NCBI GenBank assembly: GCA_040143965.1 | Contig: JASJQH010006876.1 | Span: 1-64,000, forward strand | DNA: 64,000 nucleotides | Reading direction: 5' to 3' | Origin: Basidiobolus ranarum | Lineage: Eukaryota | Part shown: positions 14,810 to 27,300 of the stretch, in pieces | How positions within the stretch are numbered: the stretch's first letter is position 1 | How the letters are laid out: every line of letters starts with the position of its first letter | Made by a program: the position numbers and the translations under genes | Notes under the pieces: model-generated | Seen by the model: the letters and a program-made list of their open reading frames with translations, nothing else | What the model was told of the DNA's origin: nothing | The model's database searches: none

Positions 14810-15113
14810 ATGCGCGTAGCAACCACCAGCACTACAGGTCCAGTTATCAACTCGGCTAAAGGACACATACTATCCTTGTATAGAAATTTACTACGTAACG
14901 CTCGAGGTTTACGTTATTCAGACAAGGACTATGTTATGGGAAGGATTCGTACCGAGTTTAAAAACAATGTAGATGTGAACAAATTACGACAAGACAAGTT
15001 GATTTTGGTAAGTCCATTTCCTTGTTTGATTTTCGTTGAATTTTTTCACTAAAATTTATTGAGTGTAGAAAGCCGAAAGAGTACTAGAGAATAACTTTGG
15101 TGGACTTGTGTAA
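14810..15113 (+). CDS. Small mitochondrial LYR-motif protein, AltMIEF1/L0R8F8-like
   Basis: Exons 14810-15007 and 15069-15113 (GT-AG intron) give ...ILSLYRNLLRNARGLRYSDKDYVMGRIRTEFKNN...DKLILKAERVLENNFGGLV-stop, about 80 aa, with the LYR motif and downstream EF. Confidence 0.8.
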
Positions 15114-15489
15114 TTCTTGTCCATTTCAAAATAAGAGTAGAAGAATTCTCATTTTAATATATAAACTTGGATTTTTATGTGTCTCTTCTTCCTTTTCAGC
15201 ACTTCTTGGTTTATTTCATATTGTACAAAACTACATTTATAAAATTCAACACGTATCTCAGAAACATTTGCAAATATGATCCGTTATTTGGAATGAACAC
15301 TACCTAAGAGTATATACTGGTTGGAGGAATAATGTAATCAATTAAATTTATTGCTTGTAACAGGTGACAAGTAGATGATTATAAATAAATAATATCAAAA
15401 GAAAAGAATTGGTCAATATGCATATGAAGTAAAGCCCAATCGAAATATTCAACAGTGAGAATTTCTAGTTCAATAAAGGTTGTTTCATA

Positions 15490-17365
15490 CTATTTGTGAT
15501 TGCCTTTGACTATATTGATATAGTAAAGCAATAAGAATAACGATGGCTGCATATTTGATGTAAAGCTCCATATCACTAGGCTTCTTGGCAGCAACCTTGA
15601 GCTTTGGATTAGTTTCACAGTATTGCAAAACCTAGATGAATATTCTTGTTAATTCATGGATTACAAGTTGGATTGCCAAGTGAATCCTAATGTTTACCTT
15701 TCCATATGTTTGACTAATTTTGATATAGTTAGGATCGTTGGCATTGTTCTTGAGCACAAATTTGTACATGAACTCTTGGAAGATACTACGGACATTTTCC
15801 AAGCTGTTGGCTTCATAAATAAGCTGAAAGAAATGAAGATTATGTTAATCGAATAAATCTAGCCTCATTGTGATATTGATAAAGACTCCTACTCTAATTG
15901 CGAGTCCCTTTCTTATTTTGACATTGCCACTAAAGACTTTGTAGTTGTTGAAAACTTCGGCAATTGTAGCAATAGCCATGACCTAGTTGGATAAATGTGA
16001 GCTATTGTTTTCGTCCTTGGGTGTATCATATCTACGTACCTGAGGGATGGCACAGAAGTTAAAAACAGACTGATTTTGAATTCTAGACAAATAATCTAAA
16101 GAATCGGTCACATGGGTGAGAGCGTCTAAGCACATATGATTTAAACACGCGAGCGCCTACAAGTATCAAAATAATATCTAAGTTATGTTATCGTTTACTC
16201 AAATAAAGAAAACTTATTACCTTTTGTTTGTTTTCAGGCTTAGTAAGGTCATCAAGATCTTTAACGTATAGACCATATATATCTTTAGGCCAGAATGTTC
16301 TACCATCTAGTAAATCTTCATAGAAATCACGAATGATATTGGTTTTTTGAAGAAAGAGTCCCATGGAGTTCGATCTAGAAGTGTTGCAAATCAGTACATT
16401 AAAACTGAATTAAGACGATGAGAGAGAAGTGAGACTTACAATTCATCCATCCCCGCGAAGCTAGAATCTACATTGAAATTAAAAATCTCTTATTAATGTC
16501 AGGTATATTTGCGATATATTAAAATAGTACTTACCTTCTAAGCCAGAAGCGGAAAACAATTTACTCAAACCCACACCAACCAAACCAGCCACATAATGGC
16601 AGTAAAGATGGTAGTCCTCTTGAGTAGAAACACGTTTGCTACAAAAATCAGCCATACCACCACCCATTCTACGAGTTATGTCGGCAATGACAACTTGATA
16701 TCTTAAGTAATGGAAAATTCATAAATGATCAGTACTTGAGGACTAATGACCGTTGGGAAAATCGAAAAGACTCACTCTTCTTTCAAAGTTAAAAACTCAT
16801 CAATGACGGCATCAAACTGGACAAGAAGGAGACGATCTTTTTCGTCTTTATCGTCTAATAATATATGTAAGGTTATTTTTTATATTGATGTAAAATTTAA
16901 TTGAAAGTAGTACGTACTCTCGGTGAAATTCCACCCAGGTTCATAGATTTTCTCATGGAAGGAGCGAAGCAAAGATAACTTTCTACCAGTAGGGATAGAC
17001 ATATCATCCTCTAAATATAGATGTAAGTATTTGATCAACATAAAATAGACATATGGTAGTATTTACCGATGGTGTCCAGACCACGAAGAATTAGATAGAA
17101 AATACACACCTTTGTAAATAAAGTCGGTTAGTAAAAGCGTTTCGTAATGCATAGAAAATAATCATAAAAATATTACAGCATCTCGAAGCTCCTCGTCTAA
17201 TTCTTTAATTACAGTAGCGAAAGACCTGGAAGTTTGGTCTAAAAAGTCATAACAGATAAACAAGGTATTGCGAGGAAATTTCGGAGGTGTCCGGGTTGCG
17301 TGGGAGAAAAATTTTACGATAGTAACTATCTCGGTGGGATGAAGGACTGACTCGAGTAAACTCAT
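15490..17365 (-). CDS. ERG9: Squalene synthase (farnesyl-diphosphate farnesyltransferase)
   Basis: [80 protein letters not shown] and a C-terminal membrane anchor. The gene has many short introns. Confidence 0.95.
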
Positions 17366-19892
17366 GTTGTAAGCTGCTATGTTTCGAGAAGTAAGAGAGT
17401 GAAGAACGAAATGAAAGACTCGATGGTTTAATTTCAGATATCACATCTTCCCATCCATATTTGGTTTAACTATCTAAGCTAAATCGGTTAAAATCCGACA
17501 CGCTAATCGTTATCGGAACACATGTTCAATGACAATCGCCGTTCATTCAATACATCAAAATGTTTTCAGCGTAATGTTATCAGCACCAGCTTGACTACAT
17601 AGTAGCAACCATTTGACTCAAATTTTAAGAAATTGAGCTTAAAAGCAGACTTCAGATATTCATTCAGTAGCACATAATCAAACCAGCTTCATTGAAAACC
17701 CGATCAAGCACAAAAAGGAAATTGGTGAGCATTATGAGCCAATCTGATTGCCAAAATTATATGTCCTCAGCAATAATTTATACTCATTTGGGAAGTATTT
17801 TAGTAAATATACTCCGACAAACCAATGGAGTCATGAAGAATCACACTATTTTGATTTCTAAATATGGCTGGTTCAGAATGAACTTTAAACCGACTTGAGT
17901 CCATTTAGTTTATTTTATTGTTTAAACCAATTTAGAAATCATGTTTAGTTTACTTCATTGTTTAACAGTTCCGTGAGTTTATAGTGAAAGCTGGAGAAAG
18001 TAATACTCCGAGGGATGATACAAATGGAGTTGCATTTCTCAATTAATACAAATGTAGAGTTGCCATATTTATTATGAACTCTACACAGAGTTTCTCGCAA
18101 ATGAGAGGTGCAAGTTTTAATGAGCTCTAGCAACTATGCGGTCTCTATAAGTCAATTGATGAAACCGCTATGTTGGCAAACTATGGAAACTTTAAGAATA
18201 GTGGTAAGTACAGTTGTGCAACATTGGAGACAGTAGCTAATTCGGGGTGCTATAATAATAATGAGAGATTCATATTATGAGCAATATCCATGTTAAGCGA
18301 AAAGGAACCATTCTACAGATATGTGGGAATGCTTCGTAACACTAGTTTTGTATATTTCCAAACACGTTAAATAAGACATTTCAATAGTATTAAATCTACC
18401 TGTCGTAGCCCACCGCTGGTATAGGCATATGCAGATATAGAGCAATGCACACAATTGCTTAAAATATTGAACGACAACTCTATACTTGGCTATAGGCCAG
18501 TTTTGCATGTTCACTTCCACCATCCGCAAAGAGCGCTCAAATATGTAACCATAAGCCCTAGATTATACAAATACAGTTGAAAGAGAGAATGTAGATCTGA
18601 GAATATAGATAAATATGAGATGTTTTTCAAGTTTTAAAGCCAATCAAATTTCTGAGAAATTCGTACCTATCGGCGCGCTCCATACAAAAACTGTCAGAGA
18701 TTGTCATTAAGGTATTTTTGTGTAATTTTCTTTCATCTCCCCCAGGGTCGCTGCAATTTTGGTATCACAAAAGAAAATTAAACGGTACAACATATGGGGT
18801 TCCTTTACCGCTAGTATTATTTCTATTGATATTCGAATCTCCAAACAGTACTCGAGTTTCATATCTGATGCTTGACCGTAAATACTGATGGTGCGATGCA
18901 AGTCTAGAAAGATGATTACAAACTATGGCTATGTATGTGTCACTTTAAATCCATATTTCGTCATTCTGGAGACATTCAACACATTCCCAGAGATGCAGCT
19001 AGACACTATTTGTGACATGTAATTTAAGACTAAGTAAACAATAATGATCAGCGCTATTACATGTGAACTTGAACTATCGTGGGAGAAATGGGTTTATTTG
19101 ACGCTTTTCTCTTTATCATTCATATCAACAGACATTCATTTCTGCTGAGGAAACCCAAAGAGAGGAGCTATATATATAAGCGCTGCGGAAGCCAAAGTTA
19201 ATATGGAAAAACCTGAGAAACGTATATAGTATTCTAGAACCTCTAGAAGAAGTGGCAAGTAATGCTACTGAGTAGTTTTTAGAGTTTCGCTGATTTTACT
19301 TTATTAGATATGGTCCATATGGTAATTGTCTCGTACGTACTTTGGTACAGATATTAGTCTCAACAATAGCGTAATCAGAAGCATGTCCAGAATCCGAGAG
19401 TAATGGGGTCGCTTGGTGAATACTACCCTCTGATTGGGTCGGGTATTCTAATATGCCTGCAATAGATTTGCCAAGTCCATTTCTTCAATTGGTCCTGCTG
19501 GGTAGACGTTTGTTAACTGAGGTTTAGTATGTTACACGTGGAAATTGTTGGCATATCGAGGTTAGTATTTGGTAAAGCACGCGTTGATTAAGTTTAGCAT
19601 TATCACGTAACATAAGGCATAGCGCTGATAATTATAATATAATAATGTAATTATAAATAAATCCCAACATTTGGCTATTTTCATATTTCACCCAATACAT
19701 TTCCAGAGATACATGCTATTTTAGCACTGATTTGTCTTTTTTTTTAACTTAAATCCCTTAAATATCGAGCTGATCCCAAATATAGTTGTGAGAAACTATC
19801 GAAAGGTGGCTAACTTTTTGAAAAATATAAATAGTGTTAACCACCCTTTCATCTCATCAGCACCTCTCCTTCTGTAAACATCTCCCCTCACC

Positions 19893-20998
19893 ATGCACGC
19901 TACCAATATACTAGACATTAAGTTAGAAAATGATACATTAATTTTCAATGGGTCTCCATCAGACTCAGCCGGTGCTTTGTTAAGAGGCAAAGTTATATTG
20001 CGCTTAAAAGAGGCCACCAAGTTACGTTCACTCACTTTAAATCTCAAAGGAAGAGAAAAGACTACATGGACTGAATGTAAGTTCTTTGGCAATATATATT
20101 TATTCTTAAACAAATCCCTAACGACATATTTTCAGCATACGGAACCAAAGCTTTCGCCAATTACGCCAAAAGAAAATTGATTGATCACAGCTGGGTCTTA
20201 CTCGAACCTAAAAAGGAAGGTCACTCCTTTGCTGCTGGAGAGTATACCTACATATTCGAATATGCATTCCCTGGCTCTTTACCGGAAACTATTCATATCG
20301 ATAGCGGTAAAGTTGAATACAAGCTACAGGCATTCGCTGAAAGAAGTTTTCTTCAAAGAAACTTGACTAGCGAGAAGGAGATCAATATCAAAAGATATAC
20401 TAATAATAGCGAATGTAACGAATCAACCGATCTTTCCGATATTTGGGAAAATAAGGTTCGCTATGAAGTCCATGTACCGATGAAATGCTTTGGTCTTGGC
20501 GAATCAATTCCAATAAGCATCAATATTGCTTCTTTGATGGAGCAGGCTCACATTAAAAGAGTGGTGTGTTTTCTAAGAGAATCGATCACTAACCGTATCC
20601 CGGAGATGAACAAATTCAATGTTGATCATAACTGGTTGCGTCTTTGCTCAGAGAAATATGTCCCAACTACACACCTTCAAACGACACTTAATCTCCAAGT
20701 ACCCAATAATTCCAAATGTGTGCACATCGATTATCGTTCCGAATTGATTCGAATTCGTCACACGCTTCAAGTCAAAGTCGAAGTAGAGAAAGCTGGCACT
20801 ATTGACTACGTCATTTTTGATCTTCCAATTTACATTCTTCCAGCTGCTCATGACGAGTTTTTCCAAGACTTACCTTCGTATTATCCCCCGTGCTACGAGT
20901 ACACCGCAGTTAACGACAGTAACAATTGTCCTCCCCCTTACCCTGCTCGAGAGACCATATCATACCCTGTTAAATACAATGTTCAATGCTCTCGCTAA
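19893..20998 (+). CDS. Alpha-arrestin (ART/ARRDC-like adaptor)
   Basis: Arrestin-N pattern (LRGKVIL, LKGREKT, GEYTYIFEYAFPGSLPETI, GKVEYKL) and C-terminal PY motifs (LPSY, PPCY, PPPY). One intron at about 20077-20135. Confidence 0.88.
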
Positions 20999-21306
20999 TA
21001 TCTACAGAGGATGTTCGTTTCAGTTCCCGTGCTTGGCACCAATGTATAAATATTAACCTTATGTAACATATCCTCTACTAATCATTATAATACATACAGT
21101 ATATAATAAATCACTATAAATATGCTTAATCCATTATTGATTTCTTGTGAAAGCCGATGATTAATCGTCCCTAGTTGTCATTTGAAAGTAGTTTATTTTT
21201 CACATCCAATTTGAACAAGATCGATCAGGAACATTGTTTCTAATTTTGTTGCTATTTCTAATGTCAATCAGTTACCATCTACTGATCCTTACTCTATGAC
21301 TGCGAC

Positions 21307-24300
21307 CTAGTAGCCCGAGCCACTATCGTCTTCATCCTCCTCTTTGGTCTGGACTGGCTCAGATTTGGCTATGGTTTTCTCAGCTTGAAGAAGGCTTTCA
21401 TTGATGCTTTCAGATATACTGTTGAAGCTTTCACTAGCGGAATCTTCATCAGATGTGTACTTGCTAGTAATTGCTCGATTGAAATCCTTATTTTCAGGAT
21501 ACCAATATCCATTGTGGAAGTCATAGCCATCGTGCAAGTCCTTATTAGAAGTGTCACTATAGGAGGAGCCACTGTCGGCATAGGCGCTATCACTAATGTT
21601 ACCATATGCACCGCTTTCAGAATCGTATTGACCGTCTTGGTAAGCATCAGAGTCTGAATTGCTCCAGGATTTACGGAATGCCTTCTGGTTAAACTTTGAA
21701 GCTCCCTTAAAACCAGAGCGGTCAAGTGCATAGCCCTTGGAGTATACTCCCTTCTTAATCAAGCTTTCTATATTAATATCGGGGGATACTAAAGAACCAA
21801 CCAAAAATCCATTCAAATTCAGAGTTTCTTTAAGACTTATAATAGCATTGTCACATTGCTGCATAGTCTCTCTAATGGTTGATAGCTCCTCAAAGAATCT
21901 ATGCGAATCAGTAGCACCTAGTAAGCCAAGTCTTCTGATGGATTCGTTCAAAGTAGGGATAATGTTCAACAAGTAGTCGACTTTCTGACGCTGTTCTTCG
22001 TCTAAAGATAGTAGTTTTTCAGTGCTCTTCGTTTGAATGGTGGTGAGTTTTTCCAAGACTTGATCAAGATATCCTATGCGACGTTTCAAATCCACGAAAT
22101 CTCTTGCATGATTGGGGAAAATCAGTTCTGGTCTAGTAACAATTTTCTCTAGAACCTTGGTGATTTGGTTCAGCCTAGATTTGATTTCTCTGTTCTCTCT
22201 GGATTGCTGTCGAGAAGCGAGTTCGAATCGGTTGATTAGAGAATTGGCATCGTCACCAGTAATTCTCCCCAGGGCATGTCCAATTATGTCCAGTCGATTA
22301 TCCAGACGTTTGAATCCTTGGTTGTTTTGTTGAGAAAGTTGTGTAAATCCACGTTCAATTAAAGAGTTTTGCTCCAAGTTCAAACGTACTGTCAATTGAG
22401 CTAGCTCGTTGATTTGGTTGGAAATACGAGAGACTGCCTCTGCAATCCTGTTGTTATCAAGGGTTTGACGCTTAATGTGGGACAAGATAGTGTCTTGTTC
22501 ACGGACAAGTTTCACCATCAGGGAGCTCACTTGGTTAATGCGCTGGTCGAAATGAGCAGTGATTTCACGATCATTCTTATTTTCTTGTGACCGGAAATCA
22601 TTTATCTCGCGTCTGAGTAAGACTTGGTGTTGGTTGATGATTTTCGCAACTGTATTTCTCAATTCTCCTAAACGATCGTTTAACCCAGCTAACTCGGCAT
22701 GATCATGTTCTTTGGTGTAAACCAGAAGTTCTTGTTGCTGTGATACAAGTCTTGCTACAATACCGTTAAGATTTCCTAGAGCCCCACCCATGTTGTTGAT
22801 TGCTATGGATTGTTTTTCGACCAGGCCAGTTAATCGCATTAGGTTATGTTGCTGACTTATAAGCTGCTTTAGCGCATCTCCAAACAAATTCAGTTTTTGA
22901 TCCAATCTAGTGAATTGTTCGTTTTGTTCACTGCGATTCAGCTCAAACAGCTTTCTTTGCTCGCTTAGCAGGAATTCCACCACTTCTTCGATCTTATAAA
23001 TCTTGGAAGCTAGTGACTCTATCTCTTGGCTATGCTTATGTGAGTTCCTAGATTCCACTGCCAAGAGCTGATTTTGTTGGTGAATAAGCTGATTTACTAG
23101 TTTTGCGATTTCGGAGAGTCTGATATTCATGTTTTCTGATAGAGCGTGCCCTTGTCGATTCAATGTAGTGACACCTCCCTTGGTAAATTCGAATAGTCGT
23201 GCATGCTGCTCAATCAATCTCTTCGTAGAATCACTAAGTCTTTCTAACCTAACCTTGACTTGATGTACGTCTTGGGGTAAGCCTAGTAGAGTGGTCACCT
23301 TGGCATCAATTTGCTGAGCTTCCTTAACAAGGAATTGTACAGCATCATCCAGATGAACTAAATTGTTGTTCAGTCTTTCAACTCCATCAAGTGTGGCCTT
23401 TGATATTTCAGTATTTTCTCTTTCAATGGCGATCAGAGCCTTTTGTTCCTCAAACAAACGATCAACAACTTGTGTTAAACGAGTCAGTTTCTCATTAAGG
23501 AATCGAGTAGAATCTTGAATCTTTCCATCTAAGCGATTTCCTTGTTCTACTTCCAATGCAGCAAGGTTTTGTTGCTTTCGTAAAACAAGTTGAATACCTT
23601 TCTCCAAACCGGCCAGACGAGCGAGTACAGCATCAAATCGATCCCGAGAATATCCAGATTTATCAAGCTTTTGTACAATTGTGCCTAAAAGAGTACGCTG
23701 TTGACCTATCAACGAGTTAACTCTTTCACCAAGTTGTCCAACTCTAACATCAACACCATGAATGGCCCCTGATTGTTGACGCAAAATCGTAAGTAACTCT
23801 TCCCGGTTCATGAGGTCATTTTGCTTCTTCGCGATATATTTCGCTACAGTGGAGAGTTCGTCAAAGTGCTGAGTGAGCAGGTACAGTCTATTTAAGATAT
23901 TTTCGTTTGGTAATCCGCGGTGTTCGTGACTCAAGATTTCCTTTTGAATTTCAAACAGCTTGCCAATACCGGAGTTAATGATCTCAAACTGTCTGTTCAA
24001 TCCTACAATCTGTCCCAACAATTCTTTCGGTGCCTTTTCCACAATTGTTTCTGATAAAAGAGTGGTTTGTCTTGTTATCATTTGACGTACACTCTGGCTG
24101 AATTCAGCAAAGCGACCGATGATTTGTCTACTGATTTCAGTTCCTTGACCAAATGCTTTTTCCACTATTTGAGTGATATCGTTTTGTCGGTGTAGCAGCG
24201 CATTTAGTCGTTCGTTCACCCCTGAAAGGTTATGTTTAATGGGTTCCAAGTCGCTTAATCTCTCTGCAATCACTTTCAGAACTTGCTCATTCCGTAATAT

Positions 24301-27300
24301 CTCTCCTTGTTGTGCAAAGATTCGATGTACGGATTCGTTCAAAGTGCTGAGTTGTTGATTCAAGCCATTGACTCTTTCTTCGAAGTTGACATTGAGTCGT
24401 CCTTGATTTTCAAGAACTGCCTTTTGCTCCTCCTGAATGCGTTCAATGACTGCTCCCAAACCTGTAACTTGTCCTCCTACAGCCCGAATGGTTCGGTGGA
24501 GGTTTTTAGCTACCGCATTCAACATCTCTGGTCTCACTAAATCCTTTTGCTGGTCAAATAGCACCCGAAGAGTATTGCGAAGGCTGCTCAATGTTTCAAA
24601 GATTTTTCTATCATCAATTCGGTTCTCGTGCACAAACGTTTGGAATTGCTTGGTGTTCACAAGGGTTTGTTGGCTATCCAAAATGTGACTAACCAGTCCA
24701 CTCAACCGTGATAAACGGCCATCAATTCCTCGGAATTCTCCATAGAATTTCTCAAGGATTGGACCAACTTTATCGTTGTTTAGAATAGCTTGTTGAAGCT
24801 CTAAAATACGTCGAACAGATTCACTAAGGTTGTTGAATTTCCCAGATATAACCTCAACATTTCGTGCCAAATTTCCAGTAATTTGGTTATTTCTATTTTG
24901 GCTCTTGAGGAAGACTGCTTGCAATTCTCGAATTTCTTTAACGGATTCTCCTAATCCTTGGACTTGCTTATTCAATATCTCGACATCATTAACAATTCGT
25001 TTGGGAAATTGGTTGAGAAGTTGACTATTAGCGAGTAGTTGTTGCTGTTTGAATAGCTGATCAACCACTTTAGTAAGGTAACTGATATTCCCGCCAATCT
25101 TTTTCAAATTGATAATCTCGCCTTGGTGGATGCCGGAGCCTTGGTTTAGCAGTTGCTGTTGTTGGTTGATTAACTGAGTAATTTCCTTGCGAATTGTGTT
25201 GATATTTATACCTAAACCTTGTATCTGATTTGACTGGTGGTTCAACAGAGCTAACACGCGGTCATCGTGAATCAATTTGGCCTGGACACTTGAGATTTCC
25301 TGAAGAATATCTCCAAACTGACCAATACGGCCATTAAGAGCACCCAACCCTTGACGAATTGATTCAAATTCGCCATTTTGTTTTTCAACAATAATGTGTT
25401 GTTGTTGGCCAAGGTTGGCAACATTGTCAGTGAGGTGAATAATCTTTTCGGAAAGTTCTCGAATCGTATTGACCAAGGTCTTGGGTAGAGAGCCAAGAAT
25501 CTCGGGGAGATTGAGTGATTGCTGCCAGTGCAATATACTGGCAACTACACCTTGAAGTTGTTTGACTCTACCAAGAGTTTCGCCCAAACCATGCTCATCT
25601 CGTTCCTGGGTACTGAGCACTTTCTCAAGTAGTTTAGCTTGCTGTGAAAGAAATTCAGTGGTACGTGCAGCAAAGTTAGATAGGCGACTGTTGATATTCT
25701 GAATATAGCCTAGTTGTTGATCTAATGCAGCTTTGACCTCTTGATTCTGGGAGATAATAATCCTTTGCTCTTCATGGATTTGCTTGATCTCTTTTAGAAG
25801 TTGAATTACCCTTGTGGAGATTCCATTCACCTCGCCACGAATTTCATCAAGATCGCGTTTCTCCACGGAAGTCAACTCTAGGAGATATTTTTGCTGATCT
25901 AGCAGTTTGAAGATGGTTGGCCCGAATCTCTCCAGACGTGCGTTGATCTCATTTACTTGCGAGAGAATTTCCTTAGGTATTATCTTATAAGTATCTGAAT
26001 TCAAAATCACTTGCTGGATATTGACAATCGTCTCAGTCAAGTTCTTGAGTTCGCTTAATCTCTTTGCTAGCTCAGTATCTCTAGCTATGTCGCCATCGTT
26101 AGCTGTCTTAGTTTCACGGAGTAAAGCACCTTGAATTTCTACAATACGAACGATATCATTTTTGAATTGCGAGAGTCTGGATTTGATGAGTCGAATATCT
26201 CCAGTTTGTTCTTTCAAAATACTCATCACCTCGTCTCGTCGTAACAGCTGACTTTGTTCAGTAGCAATCTTCTTGATCCATTCAGTTATTTGAGAGAACT
26301 GTCTACGCAATTGAACGAGTTGACCTTCCACTTGTTTGTAGTTGCCGCCTTCTCTTAAGAATTTGACAATCTCGGTCTGCTCCTTTCGAACATTTTGAAT
26401 CACTACTCCGAGTTGAACCATACGATCGTTGAGGCTAGAAATTATCTTCGACACTTCTTCACCAACTTTAGCCGCTATTTCTGGCCCTAGAAGACTTCTT
26501 TGCGACTCGATTAGTTTCCTAATAACTTCGCGTAAAGTCATAAGTTCTTGTGATATTGCTCGATCCCGTTTCGTGTCGTTGGAGGATGCTTCTCCTAACT
26601 GTTTAATTATGAATCCTTGTTCGTTAACCATTTTGTCAAATTGGTTACCCAATTCACTAAGTTTTACACCGAGGTTTGTTATACGCTGACTTTGATCTCT
26701 TAGTAGAGCTGTGATTTCTCGAGTATTCAAAACTTTGGTCTGCTCAGCAAAGGTTTGCTTTATAAAATCGAACAGCCCTAATAAACGTTTGTTTATTTCA
26801 TCAACTTGCTCCTCCAAACGATGCTCCGTATTGTTGCTGTCGCGAGACAATTGGAAAAGGGCGTTTTGCTTCGTGGTAATCTGGCTCACGATTTCCACCA
26901 GCTGAGCGTATTTTTCATTCAACAGTTCTAACTTACGAAGAATTGGCTCTGATACCTTACCGGTTAATGACGCTGAGATTAGTTTCTCTTGCTGTACAAT
27001 TAACTGGCTAATCAAACTTTGAAGTCCGCTTAATCCTTGAAGAATTCTCTTCGTCTCTTTAGCGTCTAGCTTACTTTCTCCATCAATTCTCTTCAAAAGT
27101 TCATACTGAATTCGTACTAGATTTTCGATTTTTTTGTCGAGATTCTTTACTTCGTAGGTCAAACGGTCCGTCTTGCCCAAATTCTGCTTGAGAAGGTCAG
27201 AATTGTTCAGTAGAATGGCTTTTTGTTCGGCAGAGAGCTCTTTAATGTAGGATCCCAGTTGGCCCAACTTAGCATCCAAGTTATCAACCTTTTCGACAAT

